From: Pseudomonadales bacterium
GTDB lineage: Bacteria > Pseudomonadota > Gammaproteobacteria > Pseudomonadales > IMCC2047
Length of the DNA stretch: 64,000 nucleotides
Assembly: GCA_041395865.1 (NCBI GenBank)
Contig: JAWKZQ010000008.1
Location: 12,090 to 76,089, forward strand
Reading direction: 5' to 3'
In this document: positions 48,060-56,816 of the stretch, piece after piece
Position numbering within the stretch: position 1 is the stretch's first letter
Layout of the letters: each line of letters opens with the position of its first letter
Notes under the pieces: model-generated
What the model was told of the DNA's origin: nothing
What the model saw: the letters and a program-made list of their open reading frames with translations, nothing else
The model's database searches: none
Position numbers and translations under genes: made by a program

Positions 48060-48827
48060 ATGTTAGTAGGTCGTTGTGTACGGGTTCAAATCTTGCTGCT
48101 CGGGCTTTTCAGTTCTATTTCGTTGCACACTGTTGCGGCTGAAAAGTCCTGGCTTGATTTGGGTGGCGGTATGCTGGACTCCCTGTTGGGAGGAAAGCAG
48201 GAAACTGAGGTCGGCCCGGGTGGGTTAAGTCTTGAAGAGGTATCAGCGGGGCTTAAGGAGGCGTTGCGGGTCGGTAGTGAGCGTGTGGTGTCGCAACTGG
48301 GACAGGCTGACGGCTTCAATGCCGATCCGGCTATCCATATTCCCTTACCGTCGCAATTAGAGCGGGCGAGGGATGTGCTGGATCGTGTCGGTATGGCAGG
48401 TATGATGGATGACTTGGAACTACGCCTGAACAGAGCGGCGGAACAGGCTACGCCAAAAGCCAAAGCGCTGTTTTGGGATGCGATCAAAACCATGAGTTTT
48501 GAGGATGCCAAGCGTATTTATAATGGCCCTGACGATGCGGCAACACAGTACCTGCGTGAGAAAATGAATGATCCGCTGACCCATGAGTTGCGCCCCCTGA
48601 TCGACAAAAGCCTGAGCGATGTGGGAGCCGTCCAGGCCTATGATCGCGTCATGGGGCAATACCAGAGCATTCCCTTTGTGCCGGATGTAAAGGCCAATTT
48701 AACGGACCATACGCTGCAGAAAGGGCTCGACGGCATTTTTTTCTACCTGGCCAAGGAAGAAGCTGCCATTCGTAAAGATCCGGTCAAACGGACGACCGAG
48801 CTGTTGCGCAAGGTATTTGGCGGTTAG
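48060..48827 (+). CDS. DUF4197 domain protein
   Basis: GLKEALRVG, LNRAAEQA, DDAATQYL, EEAAIRKDPV.RTT.LL.KVFG. Confidence 0.9.
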   Translation: MLVGRCVRVQILLLGLFSSISLHTVAAEKSWLDLGGGMLDSLLGGKQETEVGPGGLSLEEVSAGLKEALRVGSERVVSQLGQADGFNADPAIHIPLPSQLERARDVLDRVGMAGMMDDLELRLNRAAEQATPKAKALFWDAIKTMSFEDAKRIYNGPDDAATQYLREKMNDPLTHELRPLIDKSLSDVGAVQAYDRVMGQYQSIPFVPDVKANLTDHTLQKGLDGIFFYLAKEEAAIRKDPVKRTTELLRKVFGG

Positions 48828-48863
48828 GCTCAACCCAACAGCGCCGGTGCATCCAGGCCGGTT

Positions 48864-49406
48864 TCAAGCCGGGTAGCGTACTTCGGGGGTGATATCGATG
48901 TTTTGTTCGTTATCACTCACCGAAACCATGCCGTCCTGAAGGCTAATGTTCAGGTGCATCGTGCGTTGCGCCATGGAAGCCAGTGCTTCGCAGCCATCGG
49001 CCGGCAGGTTAACCACCTTCAGGTTGTCAAAACGGTGCAGCTGCCTGGCGATTTGTTCCCACCAGATTTCGGCGCTATGCCCGCTGTAACAATAAACCAC
49101 CACTTGCCTGGCTCGTGAACAGGCTTTGCGGATACGTTTTTCATCGGGCTGCCCCAGCTCAATCCAGAGTTCGATTTCGTCGCTGAGACTCTTTTGCCAA
49201 AGCTCCGGTTCGTCTTCGGTGCTGAGCCCTTTGGTGAACTGCAGCGCTTCGTTCGCATTGAGTGCGAAGGCGAGAATCCTCACCATCATGCGTATGTCGG
49301 TCTCTGAAGGATGCTGCGCCAGTACCAGGTTGTGGGTCTGGTAATAGTGCCGGTCCATGTCGGCAATGTTGACTTCGGCTTTGAAAATGGTTGCGCTTAG
49401 GGCCAC
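48864..49406 (-). CDS. yaeQ: YaeQ family protein
   Basis: MALSATIFKA, HPSETD.RMM.R, FTKGLSTEDEPELW, WIELGQPDEKRI. Confidence 0.93.
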   Translation of the reverse strand: MALSATIFKAEVNIADMDRHYYQTHNLVLAQHPSETDIRMMVRILAFALNANEALQFTKGLSTEDEPELWQKSLSDEIELWIELGQPDEKRIRKACSRARQVVVYCYSGHSAEIWWEQIARQLHRFDNLKVVNLPADGCEALASMAQRTMHLNISLQDGMVSVSDNEQNIDITPEVRYPA

Positions 49407-49509
49407 GGGTGCTCCTTGGGTGTGGTTGCGATAGCAATGGCAGCGCAGTTTACCGTATCATTCGCGCCTGTAGAAAGATAATGACGAATTGAGGGGTTTT
49501 GTGGCGGAA

Positions 49510-52431
49510 ATGAATTTTGTACCTGGGCAGCGTTGGATCAGCGATACGGAAGCAAACCTGGGCCTGGGGATTGTACTGGAAATTGCGAATCGTCGTGTGA
49601 CCCTGAGTTTTCCGGCGGCGGCTGAGCAACGCACCTACGCGGCAGATAATGCCCCTGTTTCCCGCGTCACCTATCAAGCGGGCGACTATGTAACCAGCCT
49701 GGATGGTTTGCACTTCAAGGTTGCCGAGGTGGTTGAAGACCAGGGGTGCCTGCTGTACCGGGGCTACGACGAGAATGGGCAGCGGGTAAACCTGCCTGAA
49801 CTGGAGTTGGACTGTTTCGTGCAGTTCAGCACGCCCCAGGCGCGCCTGTTTGCCGGACAGGTTGATAGCCCCCAGCGCTTTAACCTGCGCGTCGAAACCC
49901 TCACACACTTGCGCAAGCATCAACAATCCAGCGTCAATGGCCTGCTCGGTGCACGGGTTCAATTGCTGCCGCACCAGATTTATATCGCTAATGAAGCGGG
50001 GCAACGCCGTGCCCCTCGGGTACTGTTGGCTGACGAGGTTGGGCTCGGTAAAACCATTGAAGCAGGCTTGATCCTGCACCAGCAGCTGGTCAGTGGCCGT
50101 GCGCAGCGTGCGTTGATCGTGGTGCCAGACAGCCTGGTGCATCAATGGCTGGTGGAGATGCTGCGTCGCTTTAACCTGCATTTCACGATTTTGGACGAAG
50201 CGCGTTGCCGGGCGCTGGGCGACATCCAGCTGGAAGCGGATTGGGATGATGAGCTGGCACTGCTGACCGACGAGCGGCAGGAACAGGAGGAGAATCCTTT
50301 TGAGTCCGCCCAGCTGGTACTTTGCGCGTTATCTTTCTTGACCGAGCACCCCGAGCGCCAGGCGCAGGCCGTTGCCGCGGGTTGGGATTTATTGCTGGTG
50401 GATGAAGCACATCACCTGCGCTGGAATGAGCAGGCGGCGAGTCCCGAATACCAGTGTATAGAAGCCCTAGCCAAGGTGGCGAGCGGACTCCTGCTGCTGA
50501 CCGCAACTCCCGAGCAACTGGGCATGGAGAGCCACTTCGCCAGGTTGCGGCTGCTTGACCCGGACCGTTATTACGACCTGCAAAAATTTCGCGATGAGGA
50601 AGCCCAATACCAGCCGGTCAATCACCTGGTTGAGCAGCTGTTGCAGTTGACGGTTGAAAGTGAGGTGGATGCTGTCTTTGAGCAATTGGCCAATTACGTG
50701 CCTGAGCAGCAGGTGGCGCAGTTAATAGCCGCTATCCAGGCCTCGGATGCGGAGCTGCTTTATAAAGCGATCGACCGTGTTATCCGGACACTTTTGGACC
50801 AGCATGGCACCGGTCGGGTGCTGTTTCGCAATACCCGCTCCGCTGTGAGCGGTTTTCCCGAACGCCATTTGAATGGACATTGTTTGCCGCAGCCCACCCA
50901 CTATGAAGCGTTAGCGGCGGTTGCCAGTGTCGAAGAGCTGTTAACGCCGGAGTGGCTGTTTGGCGGTGCCGGCGATGTCAGTTGGTTGCAGCAGGACACG
51001 CGGATTGACTGGCTGGCCAGTTGGCTGCAGGCGCAGCGTGACGAAAAAGTTTTGCTGATTTGTGCGCACGCTTCCACCGCAATTGCTCTCGAAATAGAGT
51101 TGCGCCTGCGCCGGGGTATCAGCACGGCGGTATTCCATGAAGAACTGGACCTGGTTGCCCGTGACCGGGCTGCGGCTTACTTCGCCGATGCCGATGAGGG
51201 TGCCCAGGTATTAATTTGTTCGGAAATCGGCAGTGAAGGGCGTAATTTCCAGTTTGCCCATCACCTCGTTTTGTTTGATTTACCGCTCAACCCGGATTTG
51301 CTTGAGCAGCGCATTGGGCGATTGGACCGAATCGGTCAGCGTCATCGGGTGGAGATTCACGTGCCTTATTATGAGGGAAGCGCCCAGTCCGTTCTGTTGC
51401 GCTGGTATGACGAAGGGCTCAACAGCTTCAAGGCTGCCTGCGCCGTGGGTCAGCTGATCAGCGAGACCTTTGGCGAGCCACTTAAAACCTGTCTCCAGGA
51501 CCTGGGTGGCGCGGATATCGACCGGCTGGTGGCCGATACGCTGGCGCTGAGGTTGCAGGCCGAGCAGCGTTTGCAGGCCGGGCGGGATCGTCTGCTGGAG
51601 CTCAATTCCTGTAATCAGGAAGAGGCAAATGCACTGATTGAACAAATTGTCGTGCAGGAGCGCAGTCATGAGCTGGGCAGCTATATGGAGCGGCTGTTTG
51701 ACCAGTTTGGCGTAGAGCAGGATCGTCACAGTGCGCTGAGCACCGTGCTTGAGCCGGGTGATCATATGCAAACCGCTCACTTCCCCGGATTGCCTGAGGG
51801 GGGAGTGACGGTGACCTATCAACGGGAATTTGCCCTGTCGCGTGAGGATATCCAGTTTCTCAGCTGGGAGCACCCGATGGTCAGCGGAGCCATGGATATG
51901 GTGCTCAATGAGCAGTTCGGCAATACCTCGGTTGCCACCGTCAAACTGGGGCCGCTCAAGCCGGGCACCATCCTGCTGGAGGCGATTTTCGTGATGCAGT
52001 GCGCAGCGCCGGCATCCCTGCAGTTGTTCCGCTACCTGCCCTGTACCCTGGAAAGGGTGCTGATCGATCCGAAGGGGACGCGACTGGATCAGGTGCTGAG
52101 CCATGGCAAGTTGAACCAGTTACTGCAGCGGGTTGCTAAGGGTACCGCGCGAGATTTGGTGCGTCATGCCCAGTCTGAGTTAGCGGGAATGATTAAGAAG
52201 GCCGAGGACAGTGTTGCCGGCCGCCAGCAGGCTTTGATCGACGCAGCGCTGGAGCGTATGCTGAGCCAGCAGCAAGCCGAATTGCAGCGCCTTGAGGCGC
52301 TGGCAGCGGTCAATCCTAATATCCGTCAGCAGGAAATTGATTTATTGCGTGATGAGACGCAAAGCCTTGCTGGTTATCTGAATGCAGCGCAACTGAAACT
52401 GGATGCGTTGCGTGTCATAGTGGCGACTTAA
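49510..52431 (+). CDS. rapA: RNA polymerase-associated SNF2 ATPase RapA
   Basis: GQRWISDTE..LGLG, LLADEVGLGKTIEAG, DEAHH, TATPEQLG, SEIGSEGRNFQFA, QRIGRLDRIGQ. Confidence 0.97.
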   Translation: MNFVPGQRWISDTEANLGLGIVLEIANRRVTLSFPAAAEQRTYAADNAPVSRVTYQAGDYVTSLDGLHFKVAEVVEDQGCLLYRGYDENGQRVNLPELELDCFVQFSTPQARLFAGQVDSPQRFNLRVETLTHLRKHQQSSVNGLLGARVQLLPHQIYIANEAGQRRAPRVLLADEVGLGKTIEAGLILHQQLVSGRAQRALIVVPDSLVHQWLVEMLRRFNLHFTILDEARCRALGDIQLEADWDDELALLTDERQEQEENPFESAQLVLCALSFLTEHPERQAQAVAAGWDLLLVDEAHHLRWNEQAASPEYQCIEALAKVASGLLLLTATPEQLGMESHFARLRLLDPDRYYDLQKFRDEEAQYQPVNHLVEQLLQLTVESEVDAVFEQLANYVPEQQVAQLIAAIQASDAELLYKAIDRVIRTLLDQHGTGRVLFRNTRSAVSGFPERHLNGHCLPQPTHYEALAAVASVEELLTPEWLFGGAGDVSWLQQDTRIDWLASWLQAQRDEKVLLICAHASTAIALEIELRLRRGISTAVFHEELDLVARDRAAAYFADADEGAQVLICSEIGSEGRNFQFAHHLVLFDLPLNPDLLEQRIGRLDRIGQRHRVEIHVPYYEGSAQSVLLRWYDEGLNSFKAACAVGQLISETFGEPLKTCLQDLGGADIDRLVADTLALRLQAEQRLQAGRDRLLELNSCNQEEANALIEQIVVQERSHELGSYMERLFDQFGVEQDRHSALSTVLEPGDHMQTAHFPGLPEGGVTVTYQREFALSREDIQFLSWEHPMVSGAMDMVLNEQFGNTSVATVKLGPLKPGTILLEAIFVMQCAAPASLQLFRYLPCTLERVLIDPKGTRLDQVLSHGKLNQLLQRVAKGTARDLVRHAQSELAGMIKKAEDSVAGRQQALIDAALERMLSQQQAELQRLEALAAVNPNIRQQEIDLLRDETQSLAGYLNAAQLKLDALRVIVAT

Positions 52432-52433
52432 CA

Positions 52434-52718
52434 ATGTATGTATTTTCAGTGAATGCGATCGCAAAGGAAGCGGTTCAGGGTATTGCAAAGGGACAGAAGG
52501 TGCCCTTTATTGTGTATATCAATTCGAAGAACCGGGCCGGGGCCAAGAAACTCTGCGTTTTGCGCCTGCTAAAGGCGGGTTTTCACCAGGTTGAAATTTG
52601 TGAACACAGGGTGGTGGGGGAGAAAGCGCTGGCCGATGAGAAGGTGCTGAGCGCCCATCGTGGGCTCAGGGAAGCGCTGGATCAGGGCTATTCGATCCAT
52701 TTGTTTGACGAGGGTTAA
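52434..52718 (+). CDS. Hypothetical protein (94 aa)
   Basis: ATG 2 bp after the rapA stop, same strand. Confidence 0.6.
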   Translation: MYVFSVNAIAKEAVQGIAKGQKVPFIVYINSKNRAGAKKLCVLRLLKAGFHQVEICEHRVVGEKALADEKVLSAHRGLREALDQGYSIHLFDEG

Positions 52719-52763
52719 CGCCTCGCCGGCATGCCTGTTTCAGGACGCCTGAAAACAGCGGGT

Positions 52764-52796
52764 TAAAAGAAACCCCGCAGTCAATGCGGGGCTTCT
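52764..52796 (-). terminator. Intrinsic terminator of csp
   Basis: Minus strand AGAAGCCCCGCA-ttgac-TGCGGGGTTTCT followed by T-run. Confidence 0.8.
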
Positions 52797-52814
52797 GAGT
52801 AACCGTTTCTGGCT

Positions 52815-53021
52815 TTAGGCAACTGCTACAACCTGAGTCGCCTGAGGACCTTTAGGGCCTTGCTCAGTTTCGAAGGTCACCTGTTGTCCTTCCTTGAGGG
52901 TTCTGAAACCTTCGGACTGGATCGCAGAGTAGTGAACGAAGACGTCTTTGCTGCCGTCTTCCGGTGCGATAAAACCAAAGCCTTTGGTTTCGTTAAACCA
53001 TTTAACAGTTCCTGTAGCCAT
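52815..53021 (-). CDS. Cold-shock protein (CspA family)
   Basis: [29 protein letters not shown]. Confidence 0.97.
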   Translation of the reverse strand: MATGTVKWFNETKGFGFIAPEDGSKDVFVHYSAIQSEGFRTLKEGQQVTFETEQGPKGPQATQVVAVA

Positions 53022-53212
53022 GAAAAAAACCTCAAAAAAATAAAGTCAAATATAAGCAATGTTGCAAATCTTGGCAGGTAAAAACAGGACCGCTTTTTGG
53101 CAAATTCTGAAGACCTGGATTATGCAAACGCAAACAATCTTATAGCAAAGTTTTTAAAAAAACAGCACCTCGGTAAAAAATTCTCAGTGCTGTTTGGCCG
53201 GTCAAAAAAGCG

Positions 53213-53614
53213 TTACGGAATGTGGATCTTGCCGCCGCCGGGCATGCCGCCGGTGAGCGAATCCATTTCGGGAGAACCTGGAACAACAATCTTATTGGCG
53301 GCTTCACGCTGCATCTCTTCGATTTGCCGGATGGTGCGCTCGGCGCCTTCGCGAGCAGCCTCGGCGAACTTTTCGGCAGCTTCGCCGATGTTGCCGGCTT
53401 CGATTTCAAAGCTGATGGGCAAGGGGCCGGCTGCAGTGCGCATCTGGGTTTCGCCCAGGAATACTTTGCTACGTGAGGCGTCGTCTTCCCCATTGGGCAG
53501 TACCGGTGTCAGTACGTGGATGGTGCCGATTCGACGGTCCGTGAAAGTTTCTTCGCGAAACAGGCCGTTTGGGTCCATGCCCGCATCGGCGCTGGCTTGA
53601 GTTTGCTCGCTCAT
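53213..53614 (-). CDS. Conserved hypothetical protein
   Basis: LFREETFTDRRIGTI..LTPV, GPLPISFEI; SD GGAG before ATG 53614. Confidence 0.75.
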   Translation of the reverse strand: MSEQTQASADAGMDPNGLFREETFTDRRIGTIHVLTPVLPNGEDDASRSKVFLGETQMRTAAGPLPISFEIEAGNIGEAAEKFAEAAREGAERTIRQIEEMQREAANKIVVPGSPEMDSLTGGMPGGGKIHIP

Positions 53615-53697
53615 GGTGTTCTCCAATCATGCAAAAGCCTATATATTACCGATTCCTGATCGGTACGGATAGGTGACATAGACCCATAGGACGCAAG

Positions 53698-54024
53698 ATG
53701 AGTGAATCGGATAACAAGAGAGAGATCGCCCCTGAAGAGGAGGTGCGGATAAAACTGAACCGTGAAACGGCTCGTATAGGCTGGGGCGAGCTGGAGAAGC
53801 ATTTTGCATCCGGCAATGTCGTGTATGTCTCGCCGGAACTGGACCTGATTGAAGTGGCTTACCAGGTATCCCTCGATAACAAGGCGGCTGTTCAAAACTG
53901 GCTTAAGGCAGGGCAAGTGGCCTCGGCAAGCGATGAGCAGGCTGCCGAGTGGCACGCCAACAACGCAGAACTTTGGGCGGTGGTGGTGGCACCATTGGTG
54001 CTGGTACAGCCCTTACGGCAGTAG
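53698..54024 (+). CDS. DUF2288 family protein
   Basis: KLNRETARIGW.EL..HFA.G, LDLIEVA, LWAVVVAP.VLVQ. Confidence 0.9.
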   Translation: MSESDNKREIAPEEEVRIKLNRETARIGWGELEKHFASGNVVYVSPELDLIEVAYQVSLDNKAAVQNWLKAGQVASASDEQAAEWHANNAELWAVVVAPLVLVQPLRQ

Positions 54025-54062
54025 CGACCAGCGGCACGTACCCTTAAGGCATTGGCAACCCG

Positions 54063-54518
54063 TCAGGCCTGCTTGCAGTGTTTGGCGAGAAAACGATCCA
54101 GTGCATTGGCAAAGGCCTGCCGGTCACTGTGATTAAGCGGAGCGGGGCCACCGCTGACCTGGCCGGTGCTACGCATCTCTTCCATAAAGTTGCGCATCGC
54201 CAGGCGTTGCTTAATGTTTTCCTTGGTATAAAAAGCGCCGCGCGGGTTAATGGCGTGGCCCTGTTTTTCAATGACTTCGGCGGCCAGTGGAATATCGGCA
54301 GTAATCACCAGATCCCCGGCAGCCATCTGCTGAACAATGTAGTTGTCGGCGACATCAAAACCCGGCGGAACCTGCACGGTGCGAATCAGTTTTGATGGGG
54401 GCACCTTGAGCGGTTGATTGGCGACCAGCACCAAATGCAGCTGTTTTCGCTGGCTGGCGCGGTAGAGAATTTCCTTGATGACGCCTGGGCAGGCGTCGGC
54501 ATCGACCCAGATTTGCAT
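54063..54518 (-). CDS. yaiI: YaiI/YqxD family protein
   Basis: [33 protein letters not shown]. Confidence 0.93.
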   Translation of the reverse strand: MQIWVDADACPGVIKEILYRASQRKQLHLVLVANQPLKVPPSKLIRTVQVPPGFDVADNYIVQQMAAGDLVITADIPLAAEVIEKQGHAINPRGAFYTKENIKQRLAMRNFMEEMRSTGQVSGGPAPLNHSDRQAFANALDRFLAKHCKQA

Positions 54519-54527
54519 CTTCGCGTG

Positions 54528-54560
54528 TTCCTATCCTCCTGCCGTGCAGGAGGATAGGAA
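54528..54560 (-). promoter_or_regulatory. Perfect 15-bp hairpin covering the yaiI ribosome-binding region
   Basis: TTCCTATCCTCCTGC-N3-GCAGGAGGATAGGAA ends 9 nt before the yaiI ATG. Confidence 0.6.
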
Positions 54561-54567
54561 AATCAGC

Positions 54568-54849
54568 TTATTCGTAGGTGCACAGGTAAGCGGTTTCGAC
54601 CGCAACTTTCAGGTAGAAGGTTGCGTTGGCGTCCACCACAAAGTATTCGCCGGCCGAATAGGTTTTCCATTCTTCGCTGCCAGGCAGTTTGACGGTCAGG
54701 GCGCCACTGACAACCGTCATGGTTTCCTTTTGGCTGGTACCGAATTCGTACTCGCCCACGGCCATCACACCCACAGTGGCGGGCAGGGTTTCCGTTTGGA
54801 AACCGATTGAGGTCACTTTACCGTCGAAATACTCATTAACCTTAAACAT
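54568..54849 (-). CDS. ppnP: Pyrimidine/purine nucleoside phosphorylase
   Basis: [29 protein letters not shown]...E.MTVVSG, YLC.Y. Confidence 0.95.
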   Translation of the reverse strand: MFKVNEYFDGKVTSIGFQTETLPATVGVMAVGEYEFGTSQKETMTVVSGALTVKLPGSEEWKTYSAGEYFVVDANATFYLKVAVETAYLCTYE

Positions 54850-54864
54850 CTATCACTCCTGTTA

Positions 54865-56691
54865 TTATTTGCGGGCAGGTTTGCCCGCTTTGGTTTTGCG
54901 TTTTGTTGCGTGCTTTTTAGCACGGCTTGGTCCGTTTGTCTTTGCCGGGCTTTTCCGGCGTGGCTTTTCGGGTACGGCCAGTGCTGGGGCATCGCCGACC
55001 AGGCTGATTTTCATGGGGTGGTTACGGATGCGAACGCGGCGCAGGTGTTGGAAAATTTCCTCGGGCATACCCTCGGGCAGTTCTACGGTGCTGTAGCTCT
55101 CTTCGATATAAATATGGCCGATATAGCTGCTATCCACATCCGCTTCGTTGGCAATGGCGCCGACAATATCCCGCGGTGTTACATCGTGCTCAGCCCCGAC
55201 TTCCAGTCGATACTCCTGCATGGCGATACCGCCGCTGGCGGGAGCTGGACGCCTTTTTCTCGGCGCCGCATCTTCTTTGGGCGCTTCGTTGGTTTTTGGG
55301 CTCGGCGAAGGGCTGCCCTTGGCTTTGGATTCCGGTTTTTCCTTACGGTCACGCTTTTTACGATCCGGTGCGGGGTCGGCAACCTCCAGCGGGCGTTCCT
55401 TTTGCAGTTGGAAGGCAAGCGTAGCGGCGATCTGCTCCGGCGCACAGCTGAGTTCGTCGCACAGCTCCTTGATCAGGGTGTTGAAGAAGGGCTGGGGTGT
55501 TTCCGCCATGGCAGCAACTAAGTTTTCCTTGAAGCGTTCCCGACGCTGCGCGGCAATTTCGGCTGAGCTGGGGAAGGCCATCCGGTCGATGGCCTTGCCG
55601 GTCGCATTTTCGATGATGCGCAGCATGCGTTGTTCGCGGTGTGAAACAAACAGAATGGCTTTACCCTGCCGGCCTGCCCGGCCGGTACGACCGATACGGT
55701 GCACATAGGCTTCGCTGTCGTAGGGAATGTCGTAGTTGATGACGTGGGATATCCGGTCAACATCCAGGCCCCGTGCCGCTACATCGGTGGCCACCAGGAT
55801 ATCAATGCTGCCCTTCTTGAGCTGCGAGATCATGCGTTCGCGCATACTTTGGTTCATGTCGCCGTTAATGGCGCCGCAGGCGTGGCCACGGGCAATCAGT
55901 TTTTCGGTGACTTCCGTGGTGGCGCCGCGGGTGCGAACGAAGATGATGATGCCGTCGAAGTCTTCCACTTCGAGAATACGGGTCAGGGCATCCATCTTTT
56001 GGTTGTTATTGGCGATCAGGTAGCTTTGGTCGATGGTGTCTACCGTGGTGGTTTTCGCCTCGATCTTGACGTGTTCCGGGTTATTCAGGAAACGTTTTGA
56101 GACCCGACGGATGGGTTCCGGCAGGGTGGCTGAAAACAGAGCGGTCTGCTGTTCGCCGGAGGTATGGGTGAGGATATCCTCAACATCGTCGATAAAGCCC
56201 ATCCGCAGCATTTCGTCGGCTTCGTCCAGCACCAGCGCATGAATGCCGCCGATATTGAGGCTGCCGCGGCGCAGGTGGTCCAGCAGGCGTCCTGGCGTAC
56301 CCACGATCACATGCGGGCCGCGTTTCAGCTGGCGGAGCTGGTTGCTGAAGTCTTGGCCGCCGTACAGGGGCAGGACGTGGAAGTCTTTCATGAAGCTGGC
56401 ATAGGTTTGGAAGGCTTCGGCCACCTGGATGGCCAGTTCACGGGTTGGCGTTAATACCAGAACCTGCGGATGGTTTTGAGTGATATCCACGCGCGCCAGC
56501 ATGGGCAGGGCAAAGGCCGCAGTTTTACCGGTGCCGGTTTGGGCCTGGCCGATCATATCGCTGCCGCTGAGCAGTACAGGAATACTGGCGGCCTGAATGG
56601 GGGATGGGGTTTCGTAGCCCACTTTATTGAGGGCGTTGAGCAGCGGTTCGGGAAGGCCCAGTTCCTGGAAGCTGGTCGTTTGGTTGAGCAT
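54865..56691 (-). CDS. deaD: DEAD-box RNA helicase DeaD/CsdA
   Basis: GQAQTGTGKT, DEADEMLRMGFIDDVE, YDIPYDSEAYVHRIGRTGRAGR, DbpA-type domain (IVGAIANEA). Confidence 0.93.
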   Translation of the reverse strand: MLNQTTSFQELGLPEPLLNALNKVGYETPSPIQAASIPVLLSGSDMIGQAQTGTGKTAAFALPMLARVDITQNHPQVLVLTPTRELAIQVAEAFQTYASFMKDFHVLPLYGGQDFSNQLRQLKRGPHVIVGTPGRLLDHLRRGSLNIGGIHALVLDEADEMLRMGFIDDVEDILTHTSGEQQTALFSATLPEPIRRVSKRFLNNPEHVKIEAKTTTVDTIDQSYLIANNNQKMDALTRILEVEDFDGIIIFVRTRGATTEVTEKLIARGHACGAINGDMNQSMRERMISQLKKGSIDILVATDVAARGLDVDRISHVINYDIPYDSEAYVHRIGRTGRAGRQGKAILFVSHREQRMLRIIENATGKAIDRMAFPSSAEIAAQRRERFKENLVAAMAETPQPFFNTLIKELCDELSCAPEQIAATLAFQLQKERPLEVADPAPDRKKRDRKEKPESKAKGSPSPSPKTNEAPKEDAAPRKRRPAPASGGIAMQEYRLEVGAEHDVTPRDIVGAIANEADVDSSYIGHIYIEESYSTVELPEGMPEEIFQHLRRVRIRNHPMKISLVGDAPALAVPEKPRRKSPAKTNGPSRAKKHATKRKTKAGKPARK

Positions 56692-56816
56692 AATCTAGGT
56701 GCCTGTTGAGCACTACAAAACTGCGTCTCGACAGGTCGGTAGTGAGGATTTAAATGGGCGCGTATTCTACCTTATTTCTAGCGAAAACAGTGAGTTATTT
56801 TGTAGGTAAGGGCGGT

